Shown here in pieces: positions 33,236 to 42,089 of a DNA stretch of 62,692 nucleotides. Below the pieces are notes generated by a model that worked only from the letters and a program-made list of their open reading frames with translations, had not been told where the DNA came from and searched no databases. The DNA is from Vicinamibacteraceae bacterium (GTDB lineage: Bacteria; Acidobacteriota; Vicinamibacteria; Vicinamibacterales; JAFNAJ01), in contig JBDIBB010000003.1 in NCBI GenBank assembly GCA_039812685.1, positions 1 to 62,692 on the forward strand, given 5' to 3'. The first letter of the stretch is position 1. The number at the start of each line of letters is the position of its first letter. A program made the translations under genes and the position numbers.

Positions 33236-35535
33236 CGGATGGCGGTGGCCGTGGCCGTCAGGGCGGCCAGCACCGCATCTGGCGTCATGGGCAGCCGGGC
33301 GGGCGCCGCGCCCAGGGCATGCCGGACGGCGTTGCGCAGCGCCGGCGCCAGACCGTTCATCGGCAACTCGCCGAGGCCCTTGGCGCCGAACGGTCCGTTG
33401 CTGTAGGGCACCTCGACGAAGCTCACGTGGAGTGCCGGCACGTCGGCGCTGGTCGGGATGACGTAGGTCTGCAGGCGGTTCTCCAGCGGGCGGCCGTCCG
33501 GAGTGTAGGTCACGCGCTCGAGCAGGGCGTATCCGAGCGCCTGCACCATGCCGCCCTCCACCTGGCCGCGCGCCTCGCGGGGGTTGATCACGGTGCCGAT
33601 GTCGAGCGTGCTCCACGCCTCGTCGCACCGCACCTCGAGCGTGGCGCGGTCGACGGTGACCTCGGCCACCACCGCACCCCAGGAGTAGGCGGCGTAGGCA
33701 TCGCCGCGGTAGGTCTCCTCGTCCCAGGCAAGGTGCGTGGGGTGCTCGTACCGGCGTTCGACGCGCAGCGTCGACCCGTCGCACGCCGCGCGTGCCGCCG
33801 CGTGCCAGTCGAGCCGCGCGCCGTCGGGCCGGATGAAGGTTCCCGCCTCAGCCGGTGTCGCGCCGATCCGTCGTCCGACCTCACCGACCAGTTCGCGGGC
33901 GCACAGCTCCACCAGGCGGCCCACGATCATCGTCGTACGTGAGGCGACGGTGGGCCCCGAGTCGGGCACGAGCGAGGTATCGGGAAGCGGGTAGCGCACG
34001 AGATCCATGCCGAGGCCGCAGGCATCGGCTGCGATCTGCGCGATCGAGGTGAGCGTGCCCTGGCCGAACTCGGTGTTCGCGGCACGGATGTCGAGTGTGC
34101 CGTCGGGCTGGAGTTCGATGGCGGCCCGCGGCTCCATCTTGCGTTCCCCGGCCCCGGTGAAGCCGCCGCCGTGCCAGAACAGGGCGAGGCCGACGCCGCG
34201 CGCGGTGTCGCCGCCACCGGCGGCCTGGCGGGCGCACGCCTCGCGGCGCGCGGCGTAGCTGCTGTCACGCAGCACCGACGCCAGGCAGGGCTCGATGCCG
34301 ACGCTCTCGCGCAGGATCTGGCTGGTGGAGGTGGTGGCGCCCATCGTGAGCAGGTTGCGGCGCCGCACCTCGAGCGGATCGAGACCGAGCCGGGCGGCCA
34401 CCTCGTCGACGTGCGCCTCGATGGCAAACAGGGCCTGTGGCGCGCCGAAGCCGCGAAACGCGCCGGCCGGCGGCTCGTTGGTGCGCACCGCGCGCGCCCG
34501 GATCCAGACACTGGGCCAGGCGTAGGGGCCCGACAGGTGGATGGCGCCGCGCGAGAGCACCACCGGCGAGAGCGTGACGTAGGCGCCGCCGTCGATGACG
34601 AACTCGGCGTCGAGCGCGACGAAGGTGCCGTCGCGCCGCACGCCCGTCCGCAGCCGCGTGACCGAGGCATGGCGCTTGGTGGTGACCTCGATGTCCTGCT
34701 GCCGGTCGTGGGTCACCACGACCGGCCGCCTGCATGCGCGCGCGAGCAGCGCGGCGTGGGCCGCGATCACACTCGGGTAGTCCTCCTTGCCGCCGAAGGC
34801 GCCACCCGTCGGCCACTGCTCGACGATGACGGCCTCCGGCGGGACGCCGAGCACCGCCGCCACGGCCGGCCGGATGTAGTAAGGACATTGCAGCGACCCG
34901 CTGATGCGCACGCCGCCGCCGGCGAGCGGCGCCGCCACCACGCCCTGCATCTCGAGGTAGACGTGCTCCTGCGGCGGGGTGACGTACTCGCCCTCCACGA
35001 TCACGTCGGCCGAGGCCAGGGCCGCCGCGACATCCCCGCGCGTGATGTCGAGCTGATGGAGATCGTGCAGCGCCGACGGGTTCCCGCGCGCGAGCGCGGC
35101 GACCGCGTCGATGCCGACGAGTGACGGCAGCGGATCGATCTCGGGGCGCACCGCCGCGAGCGCCGCCGCCAGCGTCGCCCGATCGGGCGCGGCGATCAGG
35201 GCGAGCGGCTCGCCGCGGTACTGGACCTCGTCGCACGCCAGGCACGGCATGTCGTCTGCGGCCATCCTGATCGCGTTCACGCCGGGGACGTCGGCCGGCA
35301 GGACGACGGCAAGGCGCGTGAAGTCGAACGAGGGGTCGAAGCGCAGGGCGCGCAGCCGGCCATGGGTCGCCGGCGAGCGGACGGCGCCGCCGTACCACAC
35401 GCCTTCGGGCAGCCGGTCGAGCAGATAGCGCGTTTCGCCGCGCACCTTCTCCACGGCGTCCACGCGCGGTACCGAGGTTCCGCTGTGACGGGAGACCGGT
35501 GTCTGGAGGCCCGGGAACGTGGAGAGGTCGCCCAT
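33232..35535 (-). CDS. molybdopterin-binding (large) subunit, xanthine dehydrogenase/CO dehydrogenase family
   Basis: 767 aa. Contains VDAVEKVRGETRY, GGAFGGKE and GFGAPQ. It is the first gene of an L-S-M operon. Confidence 0.9.
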   Translation of the reverse strand: MGDLSTFPGLQTPVSRHSGTSVPRVDAVEKVRGETRYLLDRLPEGVWYGGAVRSPATHGRLRALRFDPSFDFTRLAVVLPADVPGVNAIRMAADDMPCLACDEVQYRGEPLALIAAPDRATLAAALAAVRPEIDPLPSLVGIDAVAALARGNPSALHDLHQLDITRGDVAAALASADVIVEGEYVTPPQEHVYLEMQGVVAAPLAGGGVRISGSLQCPYYIRPAVAAVLGVPPEAVIVEQWPTGGAFGGKEDYPSVIAAHAALLARACRRPVVVTHDRQQDIEVTTKRHASVTRLRTGVRRDGTFVALDAEFVIDGGAYVTLSPVVLSRGAIHLSGPYAWPSVWIRARAVRTNEPPAGAFRGFGAPQALFAIEAHVDEVAARLGLDPLEVRRRNLLTMGATTSTSQILRESVGIEPCLASVLRDSSYAARREACARQAAGGGDTARGVGLALFWHGGGFTGAGERKMEPRAAIELQPDGTLDIRAANTEFGQGTLTSIAQIAADACGLGMDLVRYPLPDTSLVPDSGPTVASRTTMIVGRLVELCARELVGEVGRRIGATPAEAGTFIRPDGARLDWHAAARAACDGSTLRVERRYEHPTHLAWDEETYRGDAYAAYSWGAVVAEVTVDRATLEVRCDEAWSTLDIGTVINPREARGQVEGGMVQALGYALLERVTYTPDGRPLENRLQTYVIPTSADVPALHVSFVEVPYSNGPFGAKGLGELPMNGLAPALRNAVRHALGAAPARLPMTPDAVLAALTATATAIR

Positions 35536-35549
35536 GCTCAGCGCGGGCC

Positions 35550-35555
35550 ATTATC
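35550..35555 (-). promoter_or_regulatory. -10-like hexamer GATAAT, 14 nt upstream of the large-subunit ATG
   Basis: Minus strand reads GATAAT-GGCCCGCGCTGAGC-ATG. Confidence 0.3.
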
Positions 35556-35640
35556 GTTCATTCTCCCCGTGGCCAACTCGTCCATGTTGGAGGATCCCGG
35601 CAGGGGAGACGGCGGGGTCCGGCGGCGTTGCCTCGTCCCG

Positions 35641-35646
35641 TATAAT
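35641..35646 (+). promoter_or_regulatory. consensus -10 hexamer TATAAT, 13 nt upstream of ATG 35660
   Basis: TATAAT-cagaagccgtccc-ATG. I found no convincing -35. Confidence 0.35.
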
Positions 35647-35659
35647 CAGAAGCCGTCCC

Positions 35660-36493
35660 ATGCGCATCTCCTCGATCGCGATCCTGGCCCTGGCGGTGGC
35701 CTGGCCCGCGACGTCATCGGCGCAGGCGCCGCGAAAGATGTCGGCGCCGCACGTCACCGTCGAACTCGTCGCCAGCCAGCCGGCGTTGCGTGCCGGCGGC
35801 GACACCTGGCTCGGTCTGCGGTTCATCCTCGACCCGGGCTGGCACATCTACTGGGTGAACCCGGGCGACTCCGGCGGTCCGCCCGCCGCGTTCTGGCAGC
35901 CCGGCGCGGGGCTCACGCCAGGCGATCTCGAGTGGCCGGCTCCCACGCGGATCCCGTCCGGCCCCCTCGTCAACTACGGATACTTCGGAGACGTGGTGCT
36001 GCCCTTCCCGATTCGCGCCGACGCCCGGACGGCCGACGGCACGCTGGGGGCGACCCTGGCGTGGATGGTCTGCAGGGACATCTGCGTGGCGGGCAAGGGC
36101 CGCCTCGCCATCTCGTTTCCGCTCGCGGGCGACGCGGCCGCCGCGGTGCCCGCGTGGAAGACGATGATCGACGACTGGCGCGCGCGCGTTCCGCGGCCGG
36201 CACCCGCGGCGTGGCGCGTGCAGGTCGAAGAGGCCGGCGACGCGTGGCTGCTGACGGTCTCCACCGGCAGGCGCGAGGCCGGGGGCGTCTTCTTCCCGAT
36301 CGACGGCGGCGTGATCGACGAACCGGCGCCGCAGCACCCCGAACCCACCGACGGCGGGCTGCGCCTGCGGCTCGAGAAGTCGGATGCGCTCACCACGGTT
36401 CCCGCCGTGCTGCGTGGCGTGCTGACGCTCGAGTCCGGTGCGTCGCACGAGCTGGCGCTGCCGCTCGGCGCGGTCTCCGGCAAGCGACAGTGA
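35660..36493 (+). CDS. exported DsbD N-terminal-domain-like (thiol:disulfide interchange) protein
   Basis: Has a signal peptide. Contains LGLRFILDPGWHIYWVNPGDSG and LAWMVCRDICVAG. Confidence 0.7.
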   Translation: MRISSIAILALAVAWPATSSAQAPRKMSAPHVTVELVASQPALRAGGDTWLGLRFILDPGWHIYWVNPGDSGGPPAAFWQPGAGLTPGDLEWPAPTRIPSGPLVNYGYFGDVVLPFPIRADARTADGTLGATLAWMVCRDICVAGKGRLAISFPLAGDAAAAVPAWKTMIDDWRARVPRPAPAAWRVQVEEAGDAWLLTVSTGRREAGGVFFPIDGGVIDEPAPQHPEPTDGGLRLRLEKSDALTTVPAVLRGVLTLESGASHELALPLGAVSGKRQ

Positions 36494-36553
36494 ACACGGG
36501 CGGGTGCCCGCGCCGGCTGGCGACAATCGGCCTTCCACCGGCGTCCTTCGCGC

Positions 36554-37384
36554 ATGCTCCGCAACCGTCTCGATCGCGACGATCGCCAGATGGCGCTGCC
36601 GTTTGGCGGGCCTGTCGGCGCGGCGCCGCCTGACGGGCCGGCGGATGAGCCGCTCCGATCCGCCGCGGGTCCGTCATCCTCGGGCGGCTTCGTCACGCCC
36701 GATCCGCCCGGCCCCGCGCCGGTTCTCCGCCTGGTTCACAATCCCCGCGCGCGCCGCTACATCATCCGCGTCGGTCCAGACGGCACCATCCGCGTGACGA
36801 TCCCGCGCCGCGGCACCGCGGCCGAGGCCCACGGGTTCGTCCACGAACACCGTGCCTGGATCGACGACCAACTCGCGAGGCTGCGCCGGATGGCGCCGGC
36901 CTCGACGCGCGCGCTCGTGGCCGGCGATCTCGTGTGGCTGCGCGGCGTGCCGACTCCGGTGACGACCGGGCTGGCACGCCCGGACATGGTCCGCGTCGGG
37001 CTGGGGGACACGCTGGCGTGCGTGGTGGCGCCGGCCGCCGATCTTCGGCCTGTGGTGTCGGCGATGCTGCGCGCCCTCGCTCGCCGCGATCTGCCGCCGC
37101 GCCTGCACGCGCTCGCTGCCCGGCACGGCCTCACGGTCACGCGCGTCACCATCCGCAACCAGCGGGGGCGCTGGGGGTCGTGTGCGCCCGGCGGATCGAT
37201 CAGCCTGAACTGGCGGCTGGTGCAGATGCCCCCCGAGGTGTGCGACTACGTGCTGCTGCACGAGTTGATGCACCTGCGCGAGGCGAACCACTCGCGCCGG
37301 TTCTGGCGGCATGTGGCGCGTGCCTGCCCGTGGCACCTCGACGCGCGGCGATGGCTGCGCCAGGAAGGGAAGGCGCTGCTGTGA
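36554..37384 (+). CDS. YgjP/DUF45-like M48-family metallopeptidase
   Basis: Contains RWGSCAPGGSISLNWRL and the zinc motif HELMHL. Confidence 0.8.
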   Translation: MLRNRLDRDDRQMALPFGGPVGAAPPDGPADEPLRSAAGPSSSGGFVTPDPPGPAPVLRLVHNPRARRYIIRVGPDGTIRVTIPRRGTAAEAHGFVHEHRAWIDDQLARLRRMAPASTRALVAGDLVWLRGVPTPVTTGLARPDMVRVGLGDTLACVVAPAADLRPVVSAMLRALARRDLPPRLHALAARHGLTVTRVTIRNQRGRWGSCAPGGSISLNWRLVQMPPEVCDYVLLHELMHLREANHSRRFWRHVARACPWHLDARRWLRQEGKALL

Positions 37385-37401
37385 GCGCTGGCGCGCCGGG
37401 G

Positions 37402-38226
37402 TTACGGCCGCGGGAGCAGCAATTGGGGGTCCACGAACACGTCGAGCCAGCGGACGCGCCAGTCGAGGTGCGGGCCCGTCGCGCGCCCGGTGGATCCCAC
37501 CTTGCCGATGGGCTCGCCCCTCTTCACGTGCTGGCCTTCGGAGACGTCGAGGGCGCTCAGGTGCAGGAACCCGGAGACGAGGCCGAAGCCGTGATCGAGC
37601 AGGATGGTGCCGCCCGTGTAGTAGAAGCCTGATTCGGCCAGCAGCACCACCCCGTCGGCTGGCGCGCGCACGGGCGTGCCTTCGGGCGCGGCGATGTCCA
37701 GGCCCCAGTGCGGCTGGCGCGGCTGGCCGTTGAGGATGCGCTGGCTGCCGTAGACGCCGGTGATGATCCCGCGCAGGGGCCAGGCGAACCCCGTGGCAAA
37801 CAGCGGCTCAGGCGTGTCGACGCCCCACAGCGCGGCGAGCCGGGTCTGTTCGGCGAGGATCCGCGGCGCCAGTTCCTCGGGCGGCGTCACCATGGCGGGC
37901 GGCAGGTTGTCGATGCGCTGGCGGCGGAACCTGCGGCGGCGGATCTCGAGGACGCGGGTCCGCACGCGGCCGTCGGCGAGCGTGATGCGCAGGCGCGCGC
38001 GCGGCGCGGCGTCGCGCCCGATGCCGAAGACGAACGTGCCGTCCTCGCCCACGCGCAGCGTGCGGCCGTCGACTTCCACGGCCGCGCCGGGATGAGTCCT
38101 GCCAACGATCAGGCCGCCCTGCACGAGCGGTCCCCGCAGGCGCACCACGGGCGGCGCCGCCGACTGCGCGAAGCCGGTGGCGGCCGGCATCAGGCACAGC
38201 AGCAGCGAGAGAACGAGCCGGCCCAT
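37402..38226 (-). CDS. exported M23 family metallopeptidase
   Basis: Has a signal peptide. Contains HWGLDIAAPEGTPVRA and GSTGRATGPHLDWRV. Confidence 0.85.
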   Translation of the reverse strand: MGRLVLSLLLCLMPAATGFAQSAAPPVVRLRGPLVQGGLIVGRTHPGAAVEVDGRTLRVGEDGTFVFGIGRDAAPRARLRITLADGRVRTRVLEIRRRRFRRQRIDNLPPAMVTPPEELAPRILAEQTRLAALWGVDTPEPLFATGFAWPLRGIITGVYGSQRILNGQPRQPHWGLDIAAPEGTPVRAPADGVVLLAESGFYYTGGTILLDHGFGLVSGFLHLSALDVSEGQHVKRGEPIGKVGSTGRATGPHLDWRVRWLDVFVDPQLLLPRP

Positions 38227-38282
38227 CCCCGTGGCGAGGCGTGGCGGCGGCGGTGCGCCGCCGGTTCCGGCTGGCGGGCGAA

Positions 38283-39377
38283 TCAGCGCCGGCCCTCGAG
38301 CGCGTCGACGATCGATCGCGCGCGTGCCATCGGGGTGGCCCCCACCCGGTTCAGGACTCGTGCGGCCGCGCTCACCACCGCGTCGCAATCCCCGGCCGTG
38401 ATGCCGTGATGGGTGACCGCACGCAGTCGGCCCGCTCCCATGTGGAGGATGAGCACGCCCTCCTCCTTCATCGCGGCGACGAAGTGCATCGGATCGATCG
38501 CGAGGTCGACGCCGAAGATCACGATGTTGGTCTGCACGTGGTGGAGGTCGACCACCAGGCCGGCCAGCCGCGCCAGTCCGACGGCCAGCCGCCGCGCGTG
38601 CTCGTGGTCCTCGCTGAGGCGATCGATCATCTGATCGAGTGCGACCAGGCCCGCCGCGCCGAGCACCCCCACCTGGCGCATCCCGCCACCCAGCATCTTC
38701 CGCATGCGCCGCACGCGCGCGATCACCCGCGGCGGACCGGCGACCACCGATCCGACCGGGGCCGCGAGGCCTTTCGACAGGCAGAGGTTCACCGTGGTGA
38801 CGTGCCGCGTCCACTCGGTGATGGGCAGGCCGCCCGCCACGGCCGCGTTCCACAGCCTGGCGCCATCGAGGTGGATGGGCAGGCCCGCGCGCGCGGCCAC
38901 CTCGGCGACGCTGGCGACGTATTCGGGCGTGATCACCACGCCGCCGCACCGGTTGTGGGTGTTCTCCAGGCAGATGACGCCGGTTGGCGCCGCGTGGATG
39001 TCGGCCGAGGTGCGGATGGCGCCCTCGATGTGCGCCAGCGGCAGGGTGCCGTCGGGCCTCGTCGGCACGCTGTGGAAGACGATGCCGCCGAGCGCCGAGG
39101 CGCCGCCGGCTTCGTAGTGCAGCACGTGTGATTCGTCGCCGACGATCGCCGCGCGACCACGCTCGGCGTGCGCGAGCAGCGACGCCAGGTTGCCCATCGT
39201 CCCGCTGGCGAGGAAGACGGCGGCGTCCTTGTCCGCCATCTCGGCGACGCGCGCCTCCAGCCTCGCGATCGTCGGATCCTCTCCGAACACATCGTCGCCG
39301 AGTTCGGCGGCCGCCATGGCGTCGCGCATGGCCTGGGTGGGAAGCGTGACGGTGTCGCTGCGGAGGTCGATGGCCAT
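38283..39377 (-). CDS. ltaE: low-specificity L-threonine aldolase
   Basis: Contains DLRSDTVT, GDDVFGEDPT, GTMGNL and the PLP-lysine context CLSKGLAAPVGS. Confidence 0.9.
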   Translation of the reverse strand: MAIDLRSDTVTLPTQAMRDAMAAAELGDDVFGEDPTIARLEARVAEMADKDAAVFLASGTMGNLASLLAHAERGRAAIVGDESHVLHYEAGGASALGGIVFHSVPTRPDGTLPLAHIEGAIRTSADIHAAPTGVICLENTHNRCGGVVITPEYVASVAEVAARAGLPIHLDGARLWNAAVAGGLPITEWTRHVTTVNLCLSKGLAAPVGSVVAGPPRVIARVRRMRKMLGGGMRQVGVLGAAGLVALDQMIDRLSEDHEHARRLAVGLARLAGLVVDLHHVQTNIVIFGVDLAIDPMHFVAAMKEEGVLILHMGAGRLRAVTHHGITAGDCDAVVSAAARVLNRVGATPMARARSIVDALEGRR

Positions 39378-39390
39378 GTCGAAAGGGGTA

Positions 39391-39396
39391 ATTGTA
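39391..39396 (-). promoter_or_regulatory. -10-like hexamer TACAAT, 13 nt upstream of the ltaE ATG, no SD
   Basis: Minus strand reads TACAAT-TACCCCTTTCGAC-ATG. Confidence 0.3.
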
Positions 39397-39494
39397 AACC
39401 CGCCGGCGCGTCCGCCTGCCTCGGGTGTCGATGGCGTGAGCCCGCATGGCGCGCGCAGATCGGTTCGTCCCCCTTACGTTACACTGGTCGGCCT

Positions 39495-40292
39495 ATGCGG
39501 CGTCCTCCGGTCCTGTGGTTCCTCGCCATCCTCATCACGCTCGTCTCGGCGTGGTGGCAGCGCACGAGCGGCCCCACGTATCCCATCCGCGGTCAGATCG
39601 AGATCGGTGGGCACGCGTATCCCGTGCGGCTGGAACGGTCGCACGGCGGCCCCACGGATCAGCCCGTGCGGGTGACGATTCCCGACGCCGGGGTCAGGGG
39701 CGACCTCGTGTGGCGGCGCTACCCGACGCACGAGCCGTGGCAGGTGCTGCCGATGGCGCGCACCGGCGACGTGCTGGAAGCCGCGTTGCCCAATCAACCG
39801 CCTGCCGGCAAGCTGGAGTACGAGCTCCGGCTGATTCGCGACGACCAGCAGGTGGCGTTTCCCCAGCGTGCGGCCGTGACGCGGTTCAAGGGCGACGTGT
39901 CGCCGTGGATCCTCACGCCGCACGTGCTGGCCATGTTCCTGTCGATGCTGCTGTCGTCGCGAGCCGGGCTGGCGGCGATCGCGGGCCTCGACGCGCGCCG
40001 GTGGGCGTGGGCGGCGATCGCCCTGCTGCTGGTCGGCGGCTTCGTCTTCGGCCCGGCCGTGCAGAAGCAGGCGTTCGGGCAGTGGTGGGCCGGCGTGCCC
40101 TACGGCTGGGATCTGACCGACAACAAGACGTTGCTGGCCGGGCTGGCCTGGCTCGTGGCGGCCGTCGCGATGCGTGGCGGCCGCCAGGCGCGCGGGGCCA
40201 TCGTCTTTGCCGCCGTCGCGACGCTGGCCGTCTTCATGATTCCCCACAGCGTCTGGGGCTCGCAGATCGACTGGAGCCGCCAGGGTCTGTGA
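39495..40292 (+). CDS. hypothetical membrane protein
   Basis: 265 aa with an N-terminal TM helix, a soluble segment of about 110 aa, then about four TM helices. High GC3. No family recognised. Confidence 0.6.
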   Translation: MRRPPVLWFLAILITLVSAWWQRTSGPTYPIRGQIEIGGHAYPVRLERSHGGPTDQPVRVTIPDAGVRGDLVWRRYPTHEPWQVLPMARTGDVLEAALPNQPPAGKLEYELRLIRDDQQVAFPQRAAVTRFKGDVSPWILTPHVLAMFLSMLLSSRAGLAAIAGLDARRWAWAAIALLLVGGFVFGPAVQKQAFGQWWAGVPYGWDLTDNKTLLAGLAWLVAAVAMRGGRQARGAIVFAAVATLAVFMIPHSVWGSQIDWSRQGL

Positions 40293-40525
40293 CCCGGGTG
40301 CGCTCCGGCGCGAGGGTGCGAGACTCGGTCGCCCCGCGTCCCGGGATCGCGGCCCTTCCGCCCCACCGCTGACGCGCGCGCCACGGTCGCACCTGCCGCC
40401 GTCGGCCCGGAGGCAGGCGTGACCGGCTGCCGAGGCTCCGGCGGTTGCGCCGGAACCCCGCCGAAATGGCCCGGGGGCGTACCGCGATGCCTCCGGCCAA
40501 TCGACGATTCGCGCTCGCACGCTGC

Positions 40526-40541
40526 TGGAACGGGCCTTGCT
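40526..40541 (+). promoter_or_regulatory. sigma-54 (RpoN) -24/-12 promoter candidate
   Basis: TGGAACGGGCCTTGCT compared with consensus TGGCACG-N4-TTGCW shows one mismatch with correct GG-N10-GC spacing. It lies about 145 nt upstream of ATG 40685. Confidence 0.45.
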
Positions 40542-40684
40542 GCCTCGACAGGAGATGCGCGTGGGCGCCGGCGCGCGGAAAGCGCTCCCGGCTCGTCCCC
40601 GCCAGCCCCGGCGGCTCGTCTTTCGGCCACCCGCGCCCTTGCGGGCGATCGCCTCGCCGGGGGTTCTCCTCGGAGCGTTCTGGC

Positions 40685-42076
40685 ATGGCTCAGGTCAAAG
40701 AGAAGCCGAAACCCGTTCTCGTGCCCGAGTACTGCAAGGGCTGCGGGCGCTGCGTCAGCGTGTGCGTGAAGGGCTGCATCGCGTTCAGCGATGAGATCAA
40801 TCCCCTCACGGGCCTGGTGCCGGTGGTGCTCGACCTCGCCAAGTGCAACGGCTGCGGTCTGTGCATCGAGGCCTGCCCCGAGCCCTACGGCCTGCGGGCC
40901 ATGGAGAACGGGGAGCAGTACGAGCTCCAGGATCCCGCCAGGCTGTTCGGCGAGCGCCGGCACGACGCCCCGGAGCCGGTGGACATCCCGGCCCGCCTCG
41001 TGCCGCTGCCGCGCACCGAGCCCCTGGTGATCAAGGGCAACTATGCGGCGGCCATCGGCGCGATCCTGGCCGGTTGCCGTCACGTGTACGGCTATCCGAT
41101 CACGCCGTCCACGGAGGGCGCCGAGCTGATGTCCAAGCTGCAGCCGAAGCTTGGCGGCATCTTCCTCCAGGCCGTGTCGGAAGTGGCCACGGTCAACCAC
41201 ATGTACGGCACGGCCGGCGCCGGGCTGCCGACGATGACCTTCACGTCGAGCCCCGGGTTCTCGCTGATGCTGGAAGGCGTCTCCTACATGGTGGGCGCCG
41301 AGTTGCCGGCGGTGTTCATCAACGTCATGCGGGGCGGCCCGGGGCTGGGCAACATCGCTCCCGAACAGGCCGACATCAAGCTGGCGTGCCATGGCCTGGG
41401 CCATGGCAACACCCACGCGATCAGCCTCGTGCCGAGCACGCCGCAGGAGATGCTCGACCTCACGATGCTCGCCTTCGAGCTGAGCTTCAAGTACCGCAAC
41501 CCGGTGGTGGTGCTCGCCGACGGCTACCTCGGGCAGATGACGGGCAAGGTGGTGCTGCCCGGGCACCTGGTGGAGCCGGGCATTCCCGCCTGGGCGGTCT
41601 ACGGCGACCTCAACCACCGGCGCAACCTGATCACCTCGATCGATCTCCTGGAGCTGGATCTCGAGGCCCACAACGTCCACCTCAACTCGAAGTACGAGGC
41701 GATGCAGGCCGAGGCGCGAGCCGACTGCTACCACACCGATGACGCGGAGGTGGTGCTCGTGGCGTGCAACACGCCGGCGCGGACCGCCAAGGGCGCCGTC
41801 CAGGCGCTGCGGGAGGCGGGCCTGAAGGTGGGGCTGTTCCGTCCGATCACGATCTGGCCGTTCCCCATCCAGCACCTGCTCCCGATCCTGCCTCACACCA
41901 AGCACCTGGTCGTGGTGGAGGCGAGCGCGGGCCAGGTGGCCGACGAACTGCGGCTCAACGCCAGTCGTGCCGGTGTCACACAGCTTCCGCACCTCACCTC
42001 GGTGCGCCGCATGGGCGGCGTGCTCCCGCAGCAGGCCGAGGTGGTCGAACACGTCATGGCCCTTGGCGCCCGGTAG
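40685..42076 (+). CDS. 2-oxoacid:ferredoxin oxidoreductase, fused delta (2x[4Fe-4S]) + alpha subunit
   Basis: CKGCGRCVSVC and CNGCGLCIEACP ferredoxin motifs are followed by GNYAAAIGAILAGCRHVYGYPITPSTE (alpha). Confidence 0.85.
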   Translation: MAQVKEKPKPVLVPEYCKGCGRCVSVCVKGCIAFSDEINPLTGLVPVVLDLAKCNGCGLCIEACPEPYGLRAMENGEQYELQDPARLFGERRHDAPEPVDIPARLVPLPRTEPLVIKGNYAAAIGAILAGCRHVYGYPITPSTEGAELMSKLQPKLGGIFLQAVSEVATVNHMYGTAGAGLPTMTFTSSPGFSLMLEGVSYMVGAELPAVFINVMRGGPGLGNIAPEQADIKLACHGLGHGNTHAISLVPSTPQEMLDLTMLAFELSFKYRNPVVVLADGYLGQMTGKVVLPGHLVEPGIPAWAVYGDLNHRRNLITSIDLLELDLEAHNVHLNSKYEAMQAEARADCYHTDDAEVVLVACNTPARTAKGAVQALREAGLKVGLFRPITIWPFPIQHLLPILPHTKHLVVVEASAGQVADELRLNASRAGVTQLPHLTSVRRMGGVLPQQAEVVEHVMALGAR

Positions 42077-42089
42077 GAGGCACGCGACC

